In this document: positions 1 to 5,092 of the stretch, piece by piece | How the letters are laid out: every line of letters begins with the position of its first letter | Numbering within the stretch: position 1 is the stretch's first letter | Source of the DNA: a virus | Lineage: Duplodnaviria; Heunggongvirae; Uroviricota; Caudoviricetes | Direction: 5' to 3' (one strand) | Virus record (IMG/VR): IMGVR_UViG_3300018477_000019 | Coordinates: 1-5,092 of that record | DNA: 5,092 nucleotides | The notes under the pieces: model-generated | Databases searched by the model: none | Seen by the model: the letters and a program-made list of their open reading frames with translations, nothing else | What the model was told of the DNA's origin: nothing | Position numbers and translations under genes: made by a program

Positions 1-50
1 CATACGAGATACATCGGTGACTGGAGTTCAGACGTGTGCTCTTCCGATCT
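1..50. other. Illumina TruSeq indexed adapter (synthetic, non-biological) at contig terminus
   Basis: Positions 1-50 read CATACGAGAT-ACATCG-GTGACTGGAGTTCAGACGTGTGCTCTTCCGATCT, i.e. the 3' part of the TruSeq index adapter (…GGCATACGAGAT[index]GTGACTGGAGTTCAGACGTGTGCTCTTCCGATCT) with a 6-nt index ACATCG (reverse complement CGATGT). Recognised from memory of the adapter sequence; exact contiguous match over the whole fixed part. Confidence 0.93.
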
Positions 51-1026
51 CTTTCAGAACCGTCAGAACGGACCATTCAGCCTCGACACTATCGACCGAG
101 TTCAAAACGCTATCGCAAATCACGTAGTCGTAACGCCCTCGCGTTTTTAAGTCGTCCACCAGCGTATCAATCATTCGGTTTGTTGCAGCCCTATCCAGAG
201 TGTTTCCAGCGCCCTTACGGCGGAAAAGCTCGAGATCATGCAGGTTATATCCCTTTGCCCTGAGCATTCGCGCGTAGTCTCCCTGCCCCGAACCAAAATC
301 AATTCCTCTTGGCGTCTTGGCAATGATCGGGAGGATCAACGACTCATACAGATTTGATTTCAGGCTGCCACCATTACGCAACCGCATAAGCTGCGCATAC
401 GTCTGGATGTATGTTGTTTTCTCCAGATGAGAATACTCAAATACACCATAAGTTTTATTCAGATAACTTTGGTATTTTTCCTTCTCAACATCAGGGATCA
501 CAAACACCGTTAGCGGTGTGCGCGTCATTTTCGCTGCTAATGCATACTGAGCACAGTGAATAACCTCACCAGACTGAGTAGCAACACAACCACCCCACGG
601 ACCATACTTGATAACCAGTTCCGCTATGTTCTTTCGAACATATGCCATTTTCGCGCGCATATTGCCTGAGATCTGGCTTGCCGATACCTGAACAAAACCA
701 TGCTTATCTTCCAGACCGGACACCCTGCAACGCTCATCTCCGCTATCAAAATCCGTTCCGTTATGCAGTTGGTTAAACCGTACTTCGTCGTATACCGTCG
801 TTTCACAGGGCAACACATACACCGCAGCACGCGTTATTCCCAATTTACGTAGCGCCTTCGTCCTTTGGTGTCCCGCCACCAGCAAATCGCCGCGCACTAT
901 CAATGGCTTCACAAGCCCCAGCTCCCTGACGCTTTCCGCCAGCCTCGCAAGATCATCCTCACCGATAAAACGCGGGTTATATTCCGCGCCGCGTAGGTGC
1001 GTTATGTCGTAATTGAGGTGAAGCAT
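28..1026 (-). CDS. ParB/Srx-like N-terminal domain fused to a class I SAM-dependent methyltransferase-like domain; 3' end truncated/chimeric with adapter
   Basis: Minus-strand ORF (track 28..1032). N-terminal ParB-type motif (…LIVRGDLLVAGHQRTKALRKLGI…); C-terminal region has a Rossmann SAM-binding motif I (IDFGSGQGDY) and a downstream YDYVICDSVL segment. No (D/N)PP(Y/F/W) motif in the retained part. Likely start is ATG at 1026-1024, preceded by GGAGG about 8 nt upstream and overlapping the upstream stop (TGATG); an in-frame GTG at 1032 is the alternative. The last ~7 codons and the stop at 28-30 lie inside adapter sequence, so the true C-terminus is unknown. Confidence 0.8.
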   Translation of the reverse strand: MLHLNYDITHLRGAEYNPRFIGEDDLARLAESVRELGLVKPLIVRGDLLVAGHQRTKALRKLGITRAAVYVLPCETTVYDEVRFNQLHNGTDFDSGDERCRVSGLEDKHGFVQVSASQISGNMRAKMAYVRKNIAELVIKYGPWGGCVATQSGEVIHCAQYALAAKMTRTPLTVFVIPDVEKEKYQSYLNKTYGVFEYSHLEKTTYIQTYAQLMRLRNGGSLKSNLYESLILPIIAKTPRGIDFGSGQGDYARMLRAKGYNLHDLELFRRKGAGNTLDRAATNRMIDTLVDDLKTRGRYDYVICDSVLNSVDSVEAEWSVLTVLKEIGRAHV

Positions 1027-1649
1027 CAGCACACCTCCCCAGCCAGCAATGCGGATACAAATCCGATATAGCTGCCATTATCATCAACATAACGAGACAC
1101 CGCGCAGTCAAAACGATCCGCTTCCTCATCCGTTGCCGGGATTTTATGACCTCCAAATGACAGGTACTGAACTTTTACGCCTGATTTGGCCTCATCCTTC
1201 TCAAATGGGATATCCATACCTTCTGTGTCATCGTAGACCGCCACACTCAATAAGTTATCCAGTTCGCGCTGAGTAAAACCAATTGAGTCCAGAGCAAAAT
1301 CATCGGCCGCAAGATCTGCAAGCTCCGCGCTTAACAACTCTTCATCCCAACCAGCATTCAGCGGAATACGGTTGTCGGCCAGACGATATGCCTTCTTCTG
1401 ATTCTCCGTTAGCCCAGCCAGAACAATGCAGGGAACATCATCCATCCCCAACTGAGTGGCCGCAGCAATTCGACCATGACCAGCAATTACAACGTTGTTC
1501 TCGTCTATCAGGATCGGATTAGTCCATCCGTACTCCTGTATGCTGGCAACAATCTGATCTACCTGCTCCACGGAGTGTGTGCGAGCGTTCTTTTCATAAC
1601 CAATCAACACAGAAAGTGGTAAAGAAACCACATTAAGTTGTTTTGTCAT
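1026..1649 (-). CDS. ParB-like nuclease (ParB N-terminal/Srx) domain protein, 207 aa
   Basis: Minus-strand ORF with ATG at 1649-1647 and TGA at 1028-1026. Contains a ParB N-terminal domain signature (…NPILIDENNVVIAGHGRIAAATQLGMDDVPCIVL…) and an acidic C-terminal half. Its stop overlaps the start of the downstream ParB-methyltransferase gene (TGATG), indicating translational coupling. Confidence 0.8.
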   Translation of the reverse strand: MTKQLNVVSLPLSVLIGYEKNARTHSVEQVDQIVASIQEYGWTNPILIDENNVVIAGHGRIAAATQLGMDDVPCIVLAGLTENQKKAYRLADNRIPLNAGWDEELLSAELADLAADDFALDSIGFTQRELDNLLSVAVYDDTEGMDIPFEKDEAKSGVKVQYLSFGGHKIPATDEEADRFDCAVSRYVDDNGSYIGFVSALLAGEVC

Positions 1650-1792
1650 GCCGTTTATCCGCTAAAATCCCCTCGCTTGTGCAAGCAAGTGGGCCTCGGT
1701 TTGTATCCACGGCACCCTGTGGGTATGAATGACTGTCGTCAGGTCGCAACTGACGGCGGTCGCCCACCTTCCAGTAATAAAAAAGCCACCAG

Positions 1793-1822
1793 CATTAACT
1801 CCACAATGAGCTGGAGTTAATG
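1793..1822 (-). repeat. Perfect 11-bp inverted repeat with 8-nt spacer in the intergenic region downstream of the Tfa-like gene; candidate terminator hairpin or operator
   Basis: CATTAACTCCA (1793-1803) / TGGAGTTAATG (1812-1822) are exact reverse complements with spacer caatgagc. On the minus-strand transcript the hairpin is followed about 8 nt later by UUUUUUAUUA. It lies about 60 nt after the Tfa-like stop (1884) and about 145 nt before the ParB start (1649). Confidence 0.35.
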
Positions 1823-1883
1823 AGGCAGCTTTGGTTTGCGCATTATCGCAGCCCCTGATAAGCACAAGAGCTGCTGTAATGCG

Positions 1884-2597
1884 TTACTCTGGTATCAAAC
1901 AGATGTGGCCGTTATTTACCTCAATGCGAGAGTATCTCGGCTTACCATCCACGATTCCGGTAATGACAAGTTCGCCATCAGGCGACCATTCTTCTTTGTC
2001 GTCTTCAAGTACCGCGCCTTCTGGCAGATCAATACAGGCAAAAACAGGACAGCCAGGATGACGTTTATCCTCCATCGCAATCAGCATCGACTCACCGAAC
2101 CACTCTGTAGTAGCACGGCCATCAGCCGCCTGATAGTGAATCAGATACTGGTTTTCGCCATTTGCATACTGAGCACGGGCTTGAACTTCTCCCCATTCGT
2201 CACTGATACGCATTGTTACCAGTTGGGATAATTCAAACTTAAACGGAACAGACTCTGCACCAATAGATATCGGTGAGTTTTCTCGCTGCTCTGGACCTTC
2301 ACGCTTCACAATTTGAACATCTTTGACGAGCCAATCACCTGTGTTATCTACTTTTCGATACTCATCGGTATCAGGTAACTCAATAACACTCATCCCATCC
2401 GGGCAAAGCAACGATACATCTTTCGAAACACTGCGGATAATGCCGTTATTGTCATACATCATCTTTAAAGTGTGAGGCTGAAATTTCTTCTGCTCCTCAT
2501 ACCAATTTCTTCCGTCTTCAGTAAAAAGCGGTAGCACATCTGGATGTTTGCCGCGGGGATCAATAAGCGGCGCACTGATATTTTTTAAATGCATCAT
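1884..2597 (-). CDS. Tail fibre assembly (Tfa/gpG-like) N-terminal domain protein with a divergent, non-canonical C-terminal region (237 aa)
   Basis: Minus-strand ORF with tandem ATG at 2597/2594 and TAA at 1886-1884. The N-terminal ~105 aa (MMHLKNI…EDGRNWYEEQKKFQPHTLKMMYDNNGII…DTDEYRKVDNTGDWLVKDVQIVKR) matches, from memory, the conserved N-terminal region of enterobacterial prophage tail fibre assembly proteins. The C-terminal ~130 aa lacks the usual Tfa C-terminal W..Y..L..RVD-type motif. No tail fibre gene lies upstream. Confidence 0.78.
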   Translation of the reverse strand: MMHLKNISAPLIDPRGKHPDVLPLFTEDGRNWYEEQKKFQPHTLKMMYDNNGIIRSVSKDVSLLCPDGMSVIELPDTDEYRKVDNTGDWLVKDVQIVKREGPEQRENSPISIGAESVPFKFELSQLVTMRISDEWGEVQARAQYANGENQYLIHYQAADGRATTEWFGESMLIAMEDKRHPGCPVFACIDLPEGAVLEDDKEEWSPDGELVITGIVDGKPRYSRIEVNNGHICLIPE

Positions 2598-2613
2598 ATA
2601 AATAACCCTACAT

Positions 2614-2778
2614 CTATCTCATTGACTTGAATGAAACGCACCCTGACCGCAATTGCTCCCGCTTACGCCGAAAAGCTCTCTGCGCCACTAAGATGCGCCA
2701 CAGGACACCAGCAATAACCACCAGCGAGATACAAAAACACACGGCCACAACCATCAGAAAAATGCCAACACCATTCAT
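2614..2778 (-). CDS. Small membrane peptide, 54 aa (one predicted TM helix plus basic C-terminal tail); not in the supplied ORF track
   Basis: Manual translation of the minus strand from ATG 2778-2776 to TAG 2616-2614 gives MNGVGIFLMVVAVCFCISLVVIAGVLWRILVAQRAFRRKREQLRSGCVSFKSMR. The ATG overlaps the TGA of the upstream 68-aa ORF (ATGA), and the stop lies 16 nt before the Tfa-like start. An alternative in-frame ATG at 2790 would add MDSF. Weak Shine-Dalgarno only. Confidence 0.4.
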   Translation of the reverse strand: MNGVGIFLMVVAVCFCISLVVIAGVLWRILVAQRAFRRKREQLRSGCVSFKSMR

Positions 2779-2981
2779 GAAACTATCCATTCTTCAATGA
2801 ATATCTCCAGTAATGTCAAGAGATACGCCGTCCCCAGCGCGGTTCCTACCGATATAGCTAAAACAAACCTCAAAGATAACGAGGTGTCTTTCGCTTTTCT
2901 CCAGACGTAAGCGCCAGCCAGAAATACCAACAAATCTCTTATTGGAAGCGGAAACCAGAACAAATCACTCGGCAAGTCCAC
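2775..2981 (-). CDS. Small hydrophobic protein, 68 aa, two predicted TM segments; GTG start
   Basis: Minus-strand ORF starting at GTG (2981-2979), 2 nt after the TAA of the 151-aa gene, with a purine-rich GGAAGGA about 7 nt upstream; stop TGA at 2777-2775. Product MDLPSDLFWFPLPIRDLLVFLAGAYVWRKAKDTSLSLRFVLAISVGTALGTAYLLTLLEIFIEEWIVS has two hydrophobic stretches and no internal Met. Tight packing with flanking genes supports it, but the non-ATG start lowers confidence. Confidence 0.4.
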   Translation of the reverse strand: MDLPSDLFWFPLPIRDLLVFLAGAYVWRKAKDTSLSLRFVLAISVGTALGTAYLLTLLEIFIEEWIVS

Positions 2982-2983
2982 GG

Positions 2984-3439
2984 TTATATCCTTCCATTCA
3001 TTTTTATCGGATGACCAGATAGCCTTACGCAGTTGAGCTGTAAAGCTCCGGTATCAACTAAATAATCAACTAACATGATTAGAGATTCATATTCAGCCAG
3101 ATAGCTAACCTGACGCATTCGACCGCCGTTGTTCTCCAGAATGTCGGCCACCTTTGCAGCCAACTCGCTTAGACAGGAGAACTTATTCCCATATATCGTT
3201 TTATACTCGCGCTTCTGGCATTCTTCGGCTTGCGGCTGGTTATCGAGAGCTATCAGCGACCGATAACTATCAAGGAAGTCCACAATCTCATTCAGGCACT
3301 CTTTGGCTGCCTCATCGTGACTTTTTCCGTATGCTTCATGGAGGACTTTCATCCTCATCATTGCTCCGTCACACATAATCGAAAGCGCGTAAAGCACATC
3401 ACTAATCGCCATTTCTTTTTTGGTGCTTGTCGAAGGCAT
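2984..3439 (-). CDS. Hypothetical protein, 151 aa, probably cytoplasmic and helical; no recognised family
   Basis: Minus-strand ORF with ATG at 3439-3437 preceded by a strong Shine-Dalgarno (AAAGGAGAAC-ATG); stop TAA at 2986-2984. It sits immediately downstream of an intrinsic terminator, so it opens a transcription unit or is reached by read-through. No motif I could assign. Confidence 0.7.
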   Translation of the reverse strand: MPSTSTKKEMAISDVLYALSIMCDGAMMRMKVLHEAYGKSHDEAAKECLNEIVDFLDSYRSLIALDNQPQAEECQKREYKTIYGNKFSCLSELAAKVADILENNGGRMRQVSYLAEYESLIMLVDYLVDTGALQLNCVRLSGHPIKMNGRI

Positions 3440-3464
3440 CCCATGTTCTCCTTTGTCTGGATGT

Positions 3465-3490
3465 AAAAAAGCCCCGGCAATTGCCGAGGC
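3465..3490 (-). terminator. Rho-independent terminator after the 89/65-aa gene pair
   Basis: Minus-strand RNA GCCUCGGC-AAUU-GCCGGGGC followed by UUUUUU: an 8-bp GC-rich stem (7 Watson-Crick pairs plus one G-U), 4-nt loop and 6-U tract, beginning 24 nt after the TAA (3516-3514) of the 65-aa gene. Confidence 0.65.
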
Positions 3491-3513
3491 TCGTTGTTCG
3501 TTATCGTTACGGT

Positions 3514-3711
3514 TTAATGCTCGCGTCGTCCGGCGACAACTTCGGATTTGTATTTCAGGTCGCCCAGCAAGAATTGCAGTTTAAGCATCTTTGCCGCCGT
3601 GTAGTTCCCTGATTCCACAACCTCTTTCATGAGGTCATAAACGGCCGCTACATCATCAGCCAGGAACTCTTTGCGTTGCTGCTCAGTCGCACGTTTGAAG
3701 GAAATACGCAT
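3514..3711 (-). CDS. Hypothetical small protein, 65 aa (66 aa if started at GTG 3714)
   Basis: Minus-strand ORF with ATG at 3711-3709 overlapping the TGA of the upstream 89-aa gene by 1 nt (TGATG); stop TAA at 3516-3514, followed by the intrinsic terminator. Product MRISFKRATEQQRKEFLADDVAAVYDLMKEVVESGNYTAAKMLKLQFLLGDLKYKSEVVAGRREH looks helical and charged; no family assigned. Confidence 0.62.
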   Translation of the reverse strand: MRISFKRATEQQRKEFLADDVAAVYDLMKEVVESGNYTAAKMLKLQFLLGDLKYKSEVVAGRREH

Positions 3712-3980
3712 CACTCATCATCTCCTGCCGCACATACAACCTCACAAAAAACATCAGCGGAATGTTTCTCCTTGAACGAATGACGCTCAAAACCGCACTC
3801 AATATCAGGCGCAAAAACATCCACCACATACGGTCTTTCAGAATGTTTGTTTTCCCAACGATAAACCGTAGTGACGTTGAAATGTTTTAACGCTTCACGG
3901 AACTCAACGCTGCCAGTCAGGTTTTTTGAGGTCAGGTATTGCAGGAGGTTTTTTACTACTTCACGGTCTTGTACTTTCAT
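3711..3980 (-). CDS. Hypothetical small protein, 89 aa, acidic C-terminus
   Basis: Minus-strand ORF with ATG at 3980-3978 preceded by GGAGA about 8 nt upstream; stop TGA at 3713-3711. Product MKVQDREVVKNLLQYLTSKNLTGSVEFREALKHFNV…CAAGDDE. First gene of a two-gene unit with the 65-aa ORF. Confidence 0.7.
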   Translation of the reverse strand: MKVQDREVVKNLLQYLTSKNLTGSVEFREALKHFNVTTVYRWENKHSERPYVVDVFAPDIECGFERHSFKEKHSADVFCEVVCAAGDDE

Positions 3981-4024
3981 CGGGTTATCTCCGGTTTAAC
4001 CAGGGCGGGTATCGCTCGGTTTCG

Positions 4025-4062
4025 GTTATAACCTTAGGAAATTTTTTCCCACCTGTAAAGCA
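4025..4062 (-). promoter_or_regulatory. Candidate sigma70-type promoter for the 89/65-aa operon
   Basis: On the minus strand, TTTACA (plus 4059-4054), a 17-nt spacer, then TAAGGT (plus 4036-4031), about 50 nt upstream of the ATG at 3980 in a 112-bp AT-rich intergenic region. The -10 is a weak match; a consensus TATAAT also occurs within the palindrome at 4081-4092 without a good -35. Sequence inspection only. Confidence 0.25.
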
Positions 4063-4092
4063 CTTTTTATATAAATCTATAATTATATAATT

Positions 4093-4680
4093 CTATGACA
4101 CTTGCCAGAGAGCATCATGCAACTGGATACCTCCGTTGCACTGGTTGCCCCAGCCATGCCAGCCATCAGGTAAATCACCGCGAGCAAACAGCTCAATACG
4201 AGGAACATCACCTAACAGTCTTACCAGCTTGTCACGAACCACATCAGGCTTCCGTGAATGTTCCAGACGAGGCGATGTAAACGACTGAATGATCCCCGCA
4301 TCAAGGCGAGTCGGCAGTTTGCCTTTTACCGCAAACAAGCAATCTTCACTGTTCGCACGAGTCATATGCCCCATCCCCATCACCAGCTTATCTGGCTGTC
4401 GGCTACCACATTTGTTCCATGTGAAGCCCTTCATGGTCATCAGCCTGAATCCCCATGCTTTCACCACCAGCAACGCTTCTTCTGGCTGAGTCGGAACCCA
4501 CCACATGGCCAACAAACACGATTCAGGATTAGCAAGCTGCCAGACAGGAATACGAGCAATCTCCTCAGCTTTCATCGTTGGATACTTAAAACCAGCTCCA
4601 CGATTCCCATCCTTACACTTGTCTTTGTATTCCCAGGGGGGATCTGCATAAATCAGATTAAACAATGCAATTGCCTCCAT
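4093..4680 (-). CDS. MT-A70-family N6-adenine DNA methyltransferase (phage-type orphan Dam-like methylase), 195 aa
   Basis: Minus-strand ORF with ATG at 4680-4678 (GGAGG about 10 nt upstream) and TAG at 4095-4093. N-terminal catalytic DPPW motif (LIYADPPWEY) and downstream EHSRKP and ELFAR segments typical of MT-A70-type adenine methyltransferases. No adjacent restriction endonuclease gene. Confidence 0.88.
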   Translation of the reverse strand: MEAIALFNLIYADPPWEYKDKCKDGNRGAGFKYPTMKAEEIARIPVWQLANPESCLLAMWWVPTQPEEALLVVKAWGFRLMTMKGFTWNKCGSRQPDKLVMGMGHMTRANSEDCLFAVKGKLPTRLDAGIIQSFTSPRLEHSRKPDVVRDKLVRLLGDVPRIELFARGDLPDGWHGWGNQCNGGIQLHDALWQVS

Positions 4681-4988
4681 GTTAGTTGTGCCTCCGGCGC
4701 TTATCTCCGGCAGTCATAACGCTGGCCAGCTCTACAGCAAACACAACGAAAAGGGCACTAACCAGACTGATTAATGCCCTTGCCTGTTGTGTGCCGGATA
4801 TCGCCAGACAACGCTGTTTTGGTAACACGGCTACAGTTCCGCGCCGCTCCAGCTTTTACCCCTTTGCGGATAACAGGCCCTGCCTGTAACTTAGCCCCAC
4901 GTTCGCCCGAAATGCGCACCAGGCACGCATAAAGATGAGCACGAAGGAAGTAACTCCACCGCGCTTATCTTTATGTGTGAGAGTGAAT

Positions 4989-5064
4989 TGGTGGCCCCTA
5001 CCGGATTTGAACCGATGACCGTGCGATTATGAGTCGCCTGCTCTAACCACTGAGCTAAGGGGCC
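4989..5064 (-). tRNA. tRNA with CAU anticodon; acceptor stem and D-arm resemble tRNA-Ile2 (lysidine, ileX-like) rather than tRNA-Met
   Basis: Reverse complement of 4989-5064 is GGCCCCTTAGCTCAGTGGTTAGAGCAGGCGACTCATAATCGCACGGTCATCGGTTCAAATCCGGTAGGGGCCACCA (76 nt). It folds as a cloverleaf: 7-bp acceptor stem, 4-bp D stem, anticodon loop CTCATAA, T stem ATCGG/CCGGT, T loop TTCAAAT, encoded CCA. The 5' ~43 nt match my memory of enterobacterial ileX; the variable loop and T stem differ with compensatory pairing. Confidence 0.85.
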
Positions 5065-5092
5065 ATATTTGATCTGTTTGTCTGATGTGGCG

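Noticed and set aside
36-263. Plus-strand ORF (75 aa) starting inside the adapter
   Set aside because: It begins in synthetic adapter sequence and lies antisense to the ParB-methyltransferase gene, with an arginine/serine-rich low-complexity product. Treated as a shadow ORF.
1662-1865. Minus-strand 67-aa ORF in the Tfa-ParB intergenic region
   Set aside because: GTG start with no Shine-Dalgarno; it runs straight through the 11-bp inverted repeat and A/T tract, and the product is compositionally odd. More likely non-coding regulatory DNA.
1836-2231. Plus-strand ORFs 1836..2231 (131 aa) and 1831..2061 (76 aa)
   Set aside because: Entirely antisense to the Tfa-like gene, which has a recognisable conserved domain. 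No ribosome-binding site and atypical composition.
2614-3439. Interpretation of the 151/68/54-aa genes as a canonical holin-endolysin-spanin lysis cassette
   Set aside because: Gene order (no holin first), the absence of any lysozyme, amidase or peptidase signature in the 151-aa protein, and the acidic rather than basic C-terminus of the 68-aa protein do not fit a standard lysis cassette. Left as an open membrane module.
3440-3513. Possible promoter for the 151-aa operon inside or after the 65-aa gene
   Set aside because: The 74-bp gap is almost fully occupied by the terminator hairpin and Shine-Dalgarno, and I found no convincing -35/-10 pair. Expression may rely on partial read-through or a promoter within the upstream coding sequence.
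4081-4092. 12-bp perfect palindrome AATTATATAATT just downstream of the MT-A70 stop
   Set aside because: In an AT-rich stretch, about one 12-bp perfect palindrome is expected by chance in 5 kb. Kept only as context for the candidate promoter region, not as an operator call.
4258-4719. Plus-strand ORFs 4258..4719 (153 aa), 4289..4489 and 4095..4280
   Set aside because: Antisense to the MT-A70 methyltransferase gene, whose catalytic motifs read correctly on the minus strand. Products are His/Pro/Arg-rich and protein-unlike.
4928-4975. 9-bp inverted repeat (CATAAAGAT / ATCTTTATG) with 30-nt spacer just downstream of the tRNA 3' end
   Set aside because: Short arms with a long spacer are expected by chance at roughly one per window. 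Could relate to integrase arm sites or tRNA 3' processing, but the sequence alone gives no support.
51-5092. CRISPR arrays, insertion sequences, integrase or transposase genes, rRNA
   Set aside because: No regularly spaced direct repeats, no terminal inverted repeats flanking a transposase-like ORF, and no ORF with recombinase-like features were seen on either strand.

Overview
The first 50 nt are a synthetic Illumina TruSeq indexed adapter, so the left contig end is an artefact. The remaining ~5 kb is a densely packed, single-orientation (minus-strand) block of phage- or island-type accessory genes transcribed away from a tRNA(CAU) gene at the right edge (4989-5064). Reading in the direction of transcription: an MT-A70-family DNA adenine methyltransferase; a translationally coupled pair of small proteins (89 aa and 65 aa) bounded by a candidate promoter and a clear intrinsic terminator; a tightly packed run of a 151-aa protein, a 68-aa two-helix membrane protein and a 54-aa single-helix membrane peptide (the last found by manual translation, absent from the ORF track); a protein with a tail-fibre-assembly (Tfa) N-terminal domain but a non-Tfa C-terminus; an intergenic 11-bp inverted repeat; and two translationally coupled ParB/Srx-domain proteins, the second fused to a class I SAM-methyltransferase-like domain and truncated by the adapter. 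No integrase, transposase, CRISPR array, rRNA or tail-fibre gene is present. All plus-strand ORFs look like antisense shadows. The most likely candidates for an undescribed system are the 151/68/54-aa membrane module with the orphan Tfa-domain chimera, and the 89/65-aa coupled pair; functions are inferred from motifs and architecture only, with no database search possible here.
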